DNA of 64,000 nt from an uncultured delta proteobacterium (GTDB lineage Bacteria; Desulfobacterota; BSN033; UBA1163), in the NCBI GenBank assembly GCA_963695895.1, contig CAVOIK010000033.1, forward strand, positions 28,426 to 92,425, given 5' to 3'. Shown here piece by piece: positions 17,442-27,050 of the stretch (position 1 is the stretch's first letter; each line of letters starts with the position of its first letter). Below the pieces are notes generated by a model. It did no database searches, had not been told where the DNA came from, and saw only the letters and a list, made by a program, of their open reading frames with translations. Made by a program: the position numbers and the translations under genes.

Positions 17442-20003
17442 TTGCTTCTTACTGTGCTTCTTTCAACGGGCAGTGTTTCTTCCGCGAGCGATTCCATCTA
17501 CAGGTTCTCCTTAGACAACGGGTTGAAGGTGGTCTTAGAGGAGAACCGTACAGCGCCTGTTGTTGCACTCCAGGTGTGGGTCAAGGTTGGAAGCGCAGAC
17601 GAGCGGGATGAAGAAGCTGGAATGTGCCACTTTATCGAGCATATGATCTTTAAGGGAACCGAGAAGCGAAAGGTCCGCGAGATGGCAAGAGAGATCGAAT
17701 CTCTGGGAGGGTCCATAAATGCTCACACGTCTTATGATCAGACGGTGTATCATGTGACCCTGGCCAGTCGCTATGGGGAGATTGGACTTGACATCCTCGC
17801 CGATGCCATCCAGCATTCAACGTTTGATGCTGCCGAATTGGAGAAAGAACGGGAAGTGATCTTGGAAGAGATTCGGATGGGGGAAGATGAGCCTGGCAGG
17901 CGCATCTTCAAACAAACGATGGGCACTGTTTTCAAAAAACACCCTTATCGGAGGCCCATCATAGGATACGAGAGCACGATCGGTAGAATCACACGAGACC
18001 AAATGGTCAGGTTCTTCAGGCAGTGTTATGTCCCGAATCGCATGGTGTTTGTTGCCGTGGGCGACTTCGACCGATTCGACATGGAGAGAAAGGTGAAGGA
18101 GGTGTTTCAAGAGTTTAAACCCTCGGACAAGCTTCTCCCGCCGAGAGAGGAAGAGCCTGAACCGCAAGAAACCCAATCCGTCGTCTCTTACGGAAACTTC
18201 AAAGAAACCTATCTCCAATTGGCTGTTCCGATCACGTCCGCCATGGATGACGAGACCCCCGCCCTTGACGCCTTGGCTCACATTCTGGGAGGGGGGGAGG
18301 CTTCTCGGCTGGTCCAGAGGGTGAAACTGGAGAAGAGACTGGTCCATTCCATTTCTTCTTCCTCTTTTACGCCCAGGGATCGAGGAGCCTTCATCATTGA
18401 AGCCACTCTCCCCCCTGAGAATGTGGAAAAGGCCATAGAGGAGACCCTCGTGACCTTGGACCACCTTTCCCAAGAGGGAGTGACGGCAGAGGAGCTCTAC
18501 CGGGTGAAGGTCAACGTCGAGAGTGATCTGGTTTACGACCGGCAAACGGTTCAAGGTCAGGCCAGAAAAAGGGGGTTCTACGAGGCGATCACTGGAGATA
18601 TAGACTTCGAAAAGGAATATCTGAGGAGAATGGCCATTCTCCAGCGAGAAGACATTCAACGGGTCATACAAAAGTATTTCAAAACTCCCCGCTGGGTCGT
18701 CAGCGTTCTAGCCCCGATAGAACAAAAGGATCTGTTAAGTTCCAGCTCTTTAACAGGGGTGATCCAGAGGATCACGTCACCGGAGAAGACCTTGGACAAA
18801 AGAGAGGGGCCACCGATTTTCAGAACCGTGTTGGGAAATGGAATACGCCTGTTGGTGAAGGAGAACAGGTCGACACCCGTCGTTTCAATTCAAGCGGCAT
18901 TCTTGGGAGGGGTGCGATTCGAGACTGAAGCAAACAACGGAATCAACCAATTCATCGCCGTCATGTTGACGAAGGGAACACAGAACCTGACCAGCCTTCA
19001 GATCGCGAAAAAAATGGAGAGGATGGCAGGGTCCCTCAGCGGATTCTCCGGATACAATAGCTTAGGCCTCACGGCGACCTTCCTGAGCCAGCATTTCGAA
19101 GAGGCTTTCGGTCTTTTCGCAGAGGTCCTGAAAGCACCCTCCTTTGACAAAGAAGAGATGGAAAAACGGCGGCAGTCGATTCTTGCGGCCATCCGGCAAC
19201 AGGAAGATGATCTTGACCGTTCGGTATTTCGGCTGTTTCGGAAAACCCTTTATGAACAGCATCCCTATCACATGGACCCTCTGGGAACCCTTGAGACGGT
19301 TCAAACGCTGACTCGAAAGGATTTGAAAGAGTATTATGACCGGATGGCTGTTCCTGATAATCTGGTTCTCACAGTGGTTGGAGACGTCGATACGGAGCAA
19401 GTCCTTCAGGCCGCCCAGAACACATTGGGTGAGCTCAAAGGAACGTTCTCACGACCCCCTGTCGCCCAGGAATCGCCTCCTCAAGGGATAAGAAAGGCAG
19501 AAATCTACAGGCAAAAGGAACAGGCCCACTTTGTACTGGGTTTTCTAGGGCCCACGCTTCATCACCCAGACCGGTATGCATTAGAAGTGTTGGATGCCGC
19601 TCTCTCGGGTCAAGGGGGAAGGCTGTTCTATGAACTGAGGGACCAGGAGAGTCTTGCCTACGCCTTGACCTTTATGGCCAATCCAAATGTCGATCCTGGA
19701 TTTATTGCGGTCTACATGGGAACCCATCCAGACAAACTCGAAAGGGCGATCCACGGCGTGTTGAGAATCTTGAAGAACGTCAGAGACGACGGTCTGGCAG
19801 AGGAAGAGGTGGAACGGGCCAAGCGATATCTGATCGGCAATTTTGAGATCGGACTCCAGACGAATGGAGCCCAGGCGAGTCAGATGTCTCTGGACGAGCT
19901 TTACGGGTTGGGGTTTGATTACTACGGAAAATATGTGAAGGCGATCGAAAGCGGTTTCGAGAGAAGACGTGCAGCGTGTTGCAAGGGAATACCTCCGTCT
20001 TGA
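17442..20003 (+). CDS. M16-family (insulinase/pitrilysin-like) zinc peptidase, two-unit type; both ends affected by frame breaks
   Basis: HFIEHMIFKGTEKR (HxxEH) motif and two M16 halves. A likely native signal peptide starts at ATG 17408 in another frame (T-run at 17441..17443). The C-terminus continues in another frame as VSREDVQRVAREYLRLDAYRLAVLRPPAKK (break near 19951..19954; A7 run at 20037..20043). Confidence 0.8.
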   Translation: MLLTVLLSTGSVSSASDSIYRFSLDNGLKVVLEENRTAPVVALQVWVKVGSADERDEEAGMCHFIEHMIFKGTEKRKVREMAREIESLGGSINAHTSYDQTVYHVTLASRYGEIGLDILADAIQHSTFDAAELEKEREVILEEIRMGEDEPGRRIFKQTMGTVFKKHPYRRPIIGYESTIGRITRDQMVRFFRQCYVPNRMVFVAVGDFDRFDMERKVKEVFQEFKPSDKLLPPREEEPEPQETQSVVSYGNFKETYLQLAVPITSAMDDETPALDALAHILGGGEASRLVQRVKLEKRLVHSISSSSFTPRDRGAFIIEATLPPENVEKAIEETLVTLDHLSQEGVTAEELYRVKVNVESDLVYDRQTVQGQARKRGFYEAITGDIDFEKEYLRRMAILQREDIQRVIQKYFKTPRWVVSVLAPIEQKDLLSSSSLTGVIQRITSPEKTLDKREGPPIFRTVLGNGIRLLVKENRSTPVVSIQAAFLGGVRFETEANNGINQFIAVMLTKGTQNLTSLQIAKKMERMAGSLSGFSGYNSLGLTATFLSQHFEEAFGLFAEVLKAPSFDKEEMEKRRQSILAAIRQQEDDLDRSVFRLFRKTLYEQHPYHMDPLGTLETVQTLTRKDLKEYYDRMAVPDNLVLTVVGDVDTEQVLQAAQNTLGELKGTFSRPPVAQESPPQGIRKAEIYRQKEQAHFVLGFLGPTLHHPDRYALEVLDAALSGQGGRLFYELRDQESLAYALTFMANPNVDPGFIAVYMGTHPDKLERAIHGVLRILKNVRDDGLAEEEVERAKRYLIGNFEIGLQTNGAQASQMSLDELYGLGFDYYGKYVKAIESGFERRRAACCKGIPPS

Positions 20004-20045
20004 CGCGTATCGTCTCGCGGTCCTCCGGCCGCCGGCAAAAAAACC

Positions 20046-20867
20046 ATGAGTCCTCGTCTTGAGGTCCATCCTTTCTCACTCCAACACACGGTGGAGTGCG
20101 GGCAGTTCTTCCGATTTACCAAGGATTCGGGGACCTACCTCGTCCAGTCTTCTGGACGCATTTTTTCTCTTTGGCAGAAAGGGAAGATCCTCTTCTATGA
20201 GGGCGTGGACGAGTCCTTTCTGATCCGCTTCTTCCGATTGGAGGAAGAGCTTCATCCGATCCTCCGGGCGATCGATCGGGATCCTGTGATTCACCAGGCG
20301 ATTCAAACCTACCGTGGCCTTCGGCTCATCCGGCAGGACCCCTGGGAATGCCTGATCTCCTATCTCTGCTCCATGGCAAAGGCGATTCCTCATATCCGGT
20401 CGATCATTGAAGGGCTGTGCAAGTCATCTGGCAAGAGGATTCGGTTCGGGAACTACATCGGTTATGAATTTCCCGAAGCCCTTTGCAGAGGCACCTCCTC
20501 TCTCTTGGAATCGATTGGAGCAGGATTCAGGACAGCCTATCTCGTGAATGCAAGCCAGTGCATCAATCGGGAGCAGTTGATCCAGTTGAAGAGTCTCCCC
20601 TACCAGGAGGCAAGGAAGTCGCTGATGAGGCTCTCTGGAGTGGGAAAGAAGGTTGCGGACTGTGTCCTTCTCTATTCTCTCGATTTTCTCGAAGCCTTTC
20701 CCATGGACACGTGGATCAAGAAGGGGCTACAGAGAGCCTATTTTGGGAGAAGGAAAGTGGGAGAAAAAGGGATGGAAGAGTTTGTGACCCACCAATTTGG
20801 TCCCTTGGCAGGATATGCCCAACTCTATCTCTATCACTACTGGCGGCATCACCCGATCATGCCTTAA
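20046..20867 (+). CDS. ogg: 8-oxoguanine DNA glycosylase / DNA lyase (OGG1-type, HhH-GPD)
   Basis: ECGQFFRF N-domain, HhH segment LSGVGKKVADCVLLYSL, and FPMDTWIKK (catalytic Asp context). Confidence 0.8.
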   Translation: MSPRLEVHPFSLQHTVECGQFFRFTKDSGTYLVQSSGRIFSLWQKGKILFYEGVDESFLIRFFRLEEELHPILRAIDRDPVIHQAIQTYRGLRLIRQDPWECLISYLCSMAKAIPHIRSIIEGLCKSSGKRIRFGNYIGYEFPEALCRGTSSLLESIGAGFRTAYLVNASQCINREQLIQLKSLPYQEARKSLMRLSGVGKKVADCVLLYSLDFLEAFPMDTWIKKGLQRAYFGRRKVGEKGMEEFVTHQFGPLAGYAQLYLYHYWRHHPIMP

Positions 20868-22185
20868 CGATTTTCCTTTTCCAGCGAGTCATGCCTTTGG
20901 TGACGTTTCGTGTGTCGATGACCAGGGGGACTTTTTCCACAACCCACGGATAATCAATCTGGGAATGGTCCGTTACGATCACTGCCGCATCGACATGTCG
21001 GAGGAGCTTCTCCGTGAGGGGAGACGATTTCAGCTTAAAATGGTATTTTCGGAAACGAGGAAGGGCCGGAATGAAGGGGTCATGGTAACGGACGATGGCC
21101 CCTTTCTTTCGAAGGAGCTCGATGATGGCAAGAGCGGGTGACTCTCTCGCATCATCCACATCCTTCTTGTAGGCGACCCCTAAAACCAGGATCGTTGCTC
21201 CTTTCAAGCTTTTGCCTTGTTGATTGAGGGCATCCTGAATCTTGGCCACCACATAGTAGTGAACGTGGACGTTGATTTCTCCGGCCAAGTGAATGAATCG
21301 TGTTGTGAAATCGTATTCCCTGGCCTTCCAGGAGAGATAGAAGGGATCGATGGGAATACAGTGGCCTCCCATGCCTGGCCCTGGATAAAATGGAGAGAAT
21401 CCAAACGGCTTTGTGCTTGCAGCCTCAATGACCTCCCAGATGTCGATCCCCATTCGGTCGGCCAGCATCTTCAGCTCATTCACCAAGGCAATGTTGACAC
21501 TCCGATAGATATTCTCGAGAAGCTTCGTCAACTCAGCGGCCTTGGGTGACGACACGGAGACCACTTGATCAATGACTTGAGAGTAGAGGGCCTTGATCGC
21601 CTCCTGGCAAGCGGGGGTGACCCCTGCGACGACTTTTGGGATCTGATGAGTCGTAAACTTCTTGTTCCCAGGATCCTCTCTCTCCGGAGAGAACCCAAGA
21701 AAGAAATCCTTACCCACCTTCAAACCGGTGGACTCCAGTTGAGGAAGGATCAACTCCTCTGTCGTTCCCGGGTAAGTTGTACTCTCGAGGACGATGAGCT
21801 GTCCTTTCCTCAAGTTCTTACGGATGGCCTCCGAGGTCTTCTCGATATACTGCAGATCAGGCTCCATCTTCTCGGTGAGAGGTGTTGGAACACAGATTAA
21901 GATGCACTCTGGCTCGCGGAGGCGAGAGAAACGGTCTGTCGCCTTAAATTGGCCGTTCTTCACAAATGTTGACAGACGGGATGAAGGAATAGTCTTGATG
22001 TAACTTTTCCCCTTCCCCAAAGCCACCACTTTCTTAAGGTCAACGTCGAACCCCAGAACCTTAAAACCCTGTTCGCAGAAGCGGAGAACCAGGGGGAGAC
22101 CCACGTACCCCATTCCGATGATGCCCACCAGGATTTTTCGATCGACAATCTGCTGGATCAGTCGATTCATCTCATTTCCATTCAT
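20857..22185 (-). CDS. UDP-N-acetyl-D-hexosamine (ManNAc/GlcNAc) dehydrogenase family protein
   Basis: ILVGIIGMGYVGLPLVLRFCEQGFKVLGFDVD Rossmann N-terminus and GMGGHCIPIDP catalytic Cys motif. 442 aa. Confidence 0.85.
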   Translation of the reverse strand: MNGNEMNRLIQQIVDRKILVGIIGMGYVGLPLVLRFCEQGFKVLGFDVDLKKVVALGKGKSYIKTIPSSRLSTFVKNGQFKATDRFSRLREPECILICVPTPLTEKMEPDLQYIEKTSEAIRKNLRKGQLIVLESTTYPGTTEELILPQLESTGLKVGKDFFLGFSPEREDPGNKKFTTHQIPKVVAGVTPACQEAIKALYSQVIDQVVSVSSPKAAELTKLLENIYRSVNIALVNELKMLADRMGIDIWEVIEAASTKPFGFSPFYPGPGMGGHCIPIDPFYLSWKAREYDFTTRFIHLAGEINVHVHYYVVAKIQDALNQQGKSLKGATILVLGVAYKKDVDDARESPALAIIELLRKKGAIVRYHDPFIPALPRFRKYHFKLKSSPLTEKLLRHVDAAVIVTDHSQIDYPWVVEKVPLVIDTRNVTKGMTRWKRKIVKA

Positions 22186-23375
22186 GGGATGCCTCGCGGG
22201 CTCTCTGGATAACCTGAGAGGGTCTCCCTTTCGGGGTCCACCTTCTCGTAAAAGCTTCGAATCCGGCTGACGACATAGGCCTGTTGAGCATCCGTCATCT
22301 CAGGATAGATAGGCAGAGCAAGGGTCTCGTCGGCTGCCCTTTCGGAGACGGGGAAATCACCCCGCTGATGTTTCAGAACCGCATAGCATTCCTGTACATG
22401 AAGGGGGAGTGGGTAGTAGATTTCAGTACCGACCCCCTCCTGCTGCAAATACTTCCGCAGTCCATCTCTCTTTGGAACGCGAATGACAAACTGGTTAAAA
22501 ATGTGACGGTTGGAATATTGAATCGTGGGGAGTTCAAAATGGGGAAGAACGCTCATGAGATCTTCGAACTGCTCACGGTATCTGTGAGCTTTCCTCTGTC
22601 TCTCGGTCGTCCATTCCTCCAGGTGTCGGAACTTGACGAGAAGGATGGCCCCCTGAATCGCATCGAGACGGCTGTTGATCCCGACCCATTTGTGAAAATA
22701 CTTGGGCTGGCTTCCGTGGACCCTTAGGACTCTGATCCTTTCTGCCAACTGAGGATCGTCCGTGACGACCATTCCCGCGTCCCCGAAGGCACCCAGGTTC
22801 TTGGTCGGGAAAAAAGAGAAACAACCGAGGTGGCCCATCTGTCCAGCCCTTCGACTGGGGCCCTGGTCATCGGGTCGATATTCCGCTCCTAGGGCTTGTG
22901 CCGCATCCTCGATGACGAAGAGGCCCTTGGTTCTTGCCAAGCTCAGAATTGGGTCCATGTCAGCACACTGTCCATAGAGATGAACGGGAATAATCGCCTT
23001 CGTCTTGGATGTAATCTTGGCGCCGATCTGGTTAGGATCGATGTTGTAGGTCTTTGGATCAATGTCGACAAAGACAGGGGTTGCTCCCAGTCTCGAGACC
23101 GACCCGGCCGTTGCAAAAAAGGTGAACGGGGGAACGATGACTTCATCTCCAGGCCCGATTCCCAGGGCGAGCAGAGAGAGAAGAAGGGCATCCGATCCCG
23201 AAGCCACGCCAATGGCGTATCGGGTTTGGCTATAGTGAGCGATGGCCTGTTCCAAGCGCTCCACCTGGGGACCAAGAATAAACTGCTGGGTGTGATAGAC
23301 CTCTTCCAGAGCGTCTCTAATCTCCTTTTCGATGGACGCAAACTGCGGTTTAAGATCGAAGAAGGGAACTGTCAT
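22182..23375 (-). CDS. DegT/DnrJ/EryC1/StrS-family sugar aminotransferase
   Basis: MTVPFFDLKPQFASIEKEIRDALEEVYHTQQFILGPQVERLE...FFPTKNLGAFGDAGMVVTDD. The ATG at 23375 was chosen because the track ORF (to 23555) runs into the repeat. Confidence 0.85.
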   Translation of the reverse strand: MTVPFFDLKPQFASIEKEIRDALEEVYHTQQFILGPQVERLEQAIAHYSQTRYAIGVASGSDALLLSLLALGIGPGDEVIVPPFTFFATAGSVSRLGATPVFVDIDPKTYNIDPNQIGAKITSKTKAIIPVHLYGQCADMDPILSLARTKGLFVIEDAAQALGAEYRPDDQGPSRRAGQMGHLGCFSFFPTKNLGAFGDAGMVVTDDPQLAERIRVLRVHGSQPKYFHKWVGINSRLDAIQGAILLVKFRHLEEWTTERQRKAHRYREQFEDLMSVLPHFELPTIQYSNRHIFNQFVIRVPKRDGLRKYLQQEGVGTEIYYPLPLHVQECYAVLKHQRGDFPVSERAADETLALPIYPEMTDAQQAYVVSRIRSFYEKVDPERETLSGYPESPRGIP

Positions 23376-23453
23376 GCTCACGACGATGGCCTTTCTTCCT
23401 GTTTGTCCAAATGATTGACCTCCAAAGTAAGACAAAAAAAATGGAGTGTCAAG

Positions 23454-23592
23454 GTTCGACAGGCAAGTGTTCGACAGGCAAGTCGGCTGGGTGCCCCGCT
23501 CCGCCTTAGTTAAGACAGGCGGGGCGGAAAGCCGACCGTGTAATGATATCTTCATTACCCGGAAGCTCCGCCCTGTAGGCGGGGAGCTTCAT
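23454..23592 (+). repeat. two-hairpin intergenic repeat, subtype A, copy A8, with tandemly duplicated left terminus
   Basis: GTTCGACAGGCAAGT occurs twice in tandem (23454..23468 and 23469..23483). This is followed by CGGCTGG...AGCCGACCGTGTAATGATATCTTCATTACCCGGAAGCTCCGCCCtgtaGGCGGGGAGCTTCAT. Confidence 0.85.
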
Positions 23593-23603
23593 TTCAGGGT
23601 ATA

Positions 23604-24350
23604 ATGACGGACATGAAAGGGAAGGTGAACCTCGATGCCATTTCTGTCGTTCTGGTAAGGCCCAAGTTTCCGGAGAACATCGGTTCCGTGGCCAGGGCAA
23701 TGAAAAACATGGGACTGAGCCGACTCATCATCGTCGAGGGTGTTTCTCCCCTCGAGATACACGCCTACAAATTGGCCTCAGGAGCAGAGGAGATCCTGGA
23801 AAGGGCAGATGAATTCTCCTCTCTCCGTGAAGCGATTGCTGGCATGGGATGTGTGGTCGGCATGACCTCTCGGCAGGGCAGGGGGAGAAATCCTCTGCTG
23901 ACGCCAGAAGCCTTAGTCAGGACCCTCCTCCCACTGTCTCTGAAGAACTCGATTGGTCTTGTCTTTGGTTCGGAAAAAGATGGGTTAACCAATGACGAGT
24001 TGTCCCTCTGCCATCTCTATGCGAGAATTCCCACAGTAGAATCTTTCCCTTCCCTCAATCTCGCCCACGCCGTGATGGTGATCGGTTACGAGTTGTTCAA
24101 GGCGACAGGACCCCTCCCGACCCATCCCCTCCAGGTGGCTACCGCTGAAGGTCTTGAAAACATGTTCGAACACATGGAGAAGACGCTCCGCGGAATCGGA
24201 TTCTTCGACACGAATCACCCCAAGAGAGTCATGGGAGCACTGAGGCGGACCTTCGGAAGAAGTGAGATGGATGAGCGTGAGGTTCGAATCCTCCAGGGCA
24301 TCTGGAGCCGTGTGGACTGGTTTATTCGAGAAAAAGAGAAGAGCAAATAA
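23604..24350 (+). CDS. trmJ: tRNA (cytidine/uridine-2'-O)-methyltransferase TrmJ (SpoU/TrmH class)
   Basis: ISVVLVRPKFPENIGSVARAMKNMGL...GLVFGSEKDGLTNDEL...SLNLAHAVMVIGYEL, plus a TrmJ-type C-terminal extension. Confidence 0.8.
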   Translation: MTDMKGKVNLDAISVVLVRPKFPENIGSVARAMKNMGLSRLIIVEGVSPLEIHAYKLASGAEEILERADEFSSLREAIAGMGCVVGMTSRQGRGRNPLLTPEALVRTLLPLSLKNSIGLVFGSEKDGLTNDELSLCHLYARIPTVESFPSLNLAHAVMVIGYELFKATGPLPTHPLQVATAEGLENMFEHMEKTLRGIGFFDTNHPKRVMGALRRTFGRSEMDEREVRILQGIWSRVDWFIREKEKSK

Positions 24351-24411
24351 GAACCCCTCTCACGACATTATCGTGAAGAGGGGTTCCGTGAGATCGAAGA
24401 CAGTTCGAAAA

Positions 24412-25170
24412 TTACTTCTTCTTGAGAAAGGGCTGGAGAAGATCAATCGGCACAGGGAAGATCGTGGTCGAATTCTTCTCCGTGGCCACCTCGGTCAGGG
24501 TCTGCAGGAACCTGAGCTGAATTGCCGCGGGATTGGTGCTGATCACATGGGCTGCCTGAGCCAATTTCTCAGCAGCCTGGAACTCTCCTTCCGCGTGGAT
24601 GATCTTGGCCCTTCTCTCTCTCTCCGCCTCTGCCTGACGGGCAATGGCTCTCCGCATTTCTTCGGGAAGGTCAACCTGCTTCGTTTCGACCAAAGAGACC
24701 TTGATTCCCCAGGGTTCTGTGTGCTTGTCCAAGATGTCCTGAAGTTGCATGTTGATCTTCTCTCTCTGGGCAAGCAGTTCATCCAACTCCATCTGCCCCA
24801 CGACACTTCGAAGGGTGGTCTGGGCGAGTTGAGACGTCGCATAAAGATAGTTCTCCACTTCGACCACCGCCTTGTTCGGATCGACGACGCGAAAGTACAC
24901 TACTGCGTTCACCTTGATAGAGACATTGTCACGCGTGATCACGTCCTGAGGCGGAATATCGAGAGTGACTAACCTCAAGCTGATCCTTATCATCTTATCG
25001 ACGCCGGGGATGATGAAGAAGATTCCAGGCCCTTTGGCGCCAATCAGCCTCCCCAGTCGGAAGATAACGCCCCTCTCATATTCTCTCAAAATCTTGACGG
25101 CCGAGGCGGCCAAGATAAAAATAAAAATAATGAGAAAAACAAAACCGGATGGTAAGCCCGTTAGTCCCAT
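24412..25170 (-). CDS. SPFH/band-7 (stomatin-like) membrane protein
   Basis: N-terminal TM segment, then [17 protein letters not shown]...[13 protein letters not shown]...[11 protein letters not shown]. Confidence 0.9.
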   Translation of the reverse strand: MGLTGLPSGFVFLIIFIFILAASAVKILREYERGVIFRLGRLIGAKGPGIFFIIPGVDKMIRISLRLVTLDIPPQDVITRDNVSIKVNAVVYFRVVDPNKAVVEVENYLYATSQLAQTTLRSVVGQMELDELLAQREKINMQLQDILDKHTEPWGIKVSLVETKQVDLPEEMRRAIARQAEAERERRAKIIHAEGEFQAAEKLAQAAHVISTNPAAIQLRFLQTLTEVATEKNSTTIFPVPIDLLQPFLKKK

Positions 25171-25181
25171 GTGATTCCTCC

Positions 25182-26507
25182 TTATGATTTTTTCTTCACG
25201 TTTAACACAAGATCTTTCACCCCGACGACTTGAACTTTATCCCCTTTCTCAACGGGTTCATCACTGATGGCATTCCAAAACTCGCCGTGAACCAGAACCT
25301 TTCCCTCGGGTGAAAGGGGCGTGGAAGCCATCCCCAATTCACCGACCAGTCCCTCGGTTCCCGTTGTGGGTTTGGTCAGCCGGGCCTTGATGGCTTTGGT
25401 GACTGCGAAGGCAAAGAAGCCTGCGCTCACCAACACGGCAGGAATGATCACGGTGAGGGAGATTTGCATGTATTCCGCTGGGGTCTCAATGAGCATCATG
25501 GAACCGAGAAAAAGTGAGATGACCCCTCCCACGGTCAACAATCCATGACTGACCACTTTCACCTCCGCAATGAAGAGAATGATGGCGAATAGGATCAATG
25601 CCAAACCGGCAAAACTGATCGGCAGCATCTGCAGGGCATAGAAGGCCAGGATGAGGAAAATCCCACCGACGACTCCCGGAAGGATCGCTCCTGGGCTCGA
25701 CAGTTCGAAGAAGATGCCGTAAATTCCCAGCATGAGGAGGATATAAGCGATCGATGGATTGGAGATCGTGTCCAAGAGCTTGTACCGCCAGCTCATCTGG
25801 ATCGGACGGGGTTGAACCCCCTTGGTCAGAAGGGTCCGAGTCATTCCGTCGAATTTGATGACTCTTCCATCCAGCTTACTCAAAAGATCGTTAAGGTCTG
25901 TGCAGATGAGGTCGATCACATTCAGTTTCAGAGCCTCGTCTTCCGTGATCGAGACACTTTTTCTGACCGCCTTTTCGGCCCAATCTACATTTTTTCCACG
26001 GTTCTTGGCGATCGTCTTGATTTGGGAAACCGTGTCGTTCACGATCTTTTCCGTCATCGTTTTACTTTCTTTACTCTCTGCCCCCAGGGTGACTGGATGC
26101 GCCGCACCAATATTCGTCCCAGGAGCCATCACCGCCACATGGGATGCCAAGGTGATGAAGACGCCTGCTGAGGCTGCCCTGGCCCCTTGCGGAGCCACAT
26201 AGACGATGATCGGAATTTTGGACGCGAGAATCTTCTTCACAATGTTCCTCATGGAATCCATCAGTCCACCCGGAGTGTCCAATTCGATGATGAGGCACTG
26301 GCCTCCTTCTTCAGAGGCCTGGTCGATCGAATCCGTGATGAATTTCGCCGTGGCCGGATTGATGATCCCATCTACCTCGATATAGAAGACAGGCCCTTTG
26401 TCCTGGCACTGCCCTGTGGTTCCAGAGATTAAAAGGACAGTCAAGGTAAGTGACAAAACGATGACTTGCTTAAGGTTCTTGGTACGCAAAGTGTTTCTCC
26501 TTTGCAT
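25182..26507 (-). CDS. NfeD-family membrane-bound ClpP-class serine protease
   Basis: ClpP-like domain with [31 protein letters not shown], a multi-TM middle section, and a C-terminal NfeD OB domain. Forms the classic pair with the stomatin gene. Confidence 0.85.
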   Translation of the reverse strand: MQRRNTLRTKNLKQVIVLSLTLTVLLISGTTGQCQDKGPVFYIEVDGIINPATAKFITDSIDQASEEGGQCLIIELDTPGGLMDSMRNIVKKILASKIPIIVYVAPQGARAASAGVFITLASHVAVMAPGTNIGAAHPVTLGAESKESKTMTEKIVNDTVSQIKTIAKNRGKNVDWAEKAVRKSVSITEDEALKLNVIDLICTDLNDLLSKLDGRVIKFDGMTRTLLTKGVQPRPIQMSWRYKLLDTISNPSIAYILLMLGIYGIFFELSSPGAILPGVVGGIFLILAFYALQMLPISFAGLALILFAIILFIAEVKVVSHGLLTVGGVISLFLGSMMLIETPAEYMQISLTVIIPAVLVSAGFFAFAVTKAIKARLTKPTTGTEGLVGELGMASTPLSPEGKVLVHGEFWNAISDEPVEKGDKVQVVGVKDLVLNVKKKS

Positions 26508-26582
26508 TATAAATATCCGAAAAAAGGAAGGTTGTCAATCCACGGATTGACATCATCTTTCTTTTATTGTTAATAATAATTA

Positions 26583-26822
26583 ATGCAGGGTAAGGATGAT
26601 AACCTGACGGTCATTAATGGATCTTACGGGCAAGGAGGAGGACGGATCTTAAGGACGTTTCTCGCCCTTTCAGCCATCCATCAGAAACCTGTCACCATCC
26701 AGCAGATCCGAGCGAACCGAAACAATCCTGGCCTTTGGCCCCAGCCTCTCAAGGGGTTAAAGGCACTTGCCCACAGTATTGGAGCAAAGATCAAGGGCGT
26801 CAGCATGGACTCCCCAAGGGTC
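26583..26822 (+). pseudogene. rtcA: RNA 3'-terminal phosphate cyclase (RtcA), N-terminal fragment of about 80 aa truncated at a repeat boundary
   Basis: TVINGSYGQGGGRILRTFLALSAIHQKPVTIQQIRANRNNPGLWPQPLKGLKALAHSIGAKIKG aligns with the RtcA N-terminus (DGAQGEGGGQILRSALSLS...IRAGRAKPGL.QHL). The homology stops where repeat A9 begins. The remaining 260 or so codons are absent. Confidence 0.75.
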
Positions 26823-26991
26823 CACGGGCAAGTCGGCTGGATGCCCCGCCTTCCTGCCGGTAGGCAGGGGCGGGGAGGGCGGTAACGGACTCCCGCAGTG
26901 GAGTCAAAGCCGACCCTGTAATTATATCTACATTTCCCGGAAGCCCCAGCCGTGTCTGTCCCGTCTTAACGGGATGGGCGGGGAGCTTCAC
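26823..26991 (+). repeat. two-hairpin intergenic repeat, subtype A, copy A9 (extended hairpin 1 with extra arm)
   Basis: CACGGGCAAGTCGGCTGG...CCTGCCggtaGGCAGG...GGACTCCcgcagtGGAGTCaaAGCCGACCCTGTAATTATATCTACATTTCCCGGAAGCC...CCCGTCTTAACGGG...GAGCTTCAC. Confidence 0.9.
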
Positions 26992-27050
26992 CACGCTTTC
27001 TAGAAAAGAGGAGAACGCCAATCAGAAGGATCTATGGGAACATCATTGGT

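Noticed and set aside
17817-18671. Large antisense ORFs inside conserved genes: 17817..18671 in the M16 peptidase, 28858..29802 in guaB, 36143..36805 in dnaE, 40343..41044 in mutL, 57247..58014 in the NtrC gene and 16452..17069 in iorB.
   Set aside because: In every case the opposite strand encodes an unmistakable conserved protein across the full length. The antisense frames have no family similarity and are the usual shadow ORFs.
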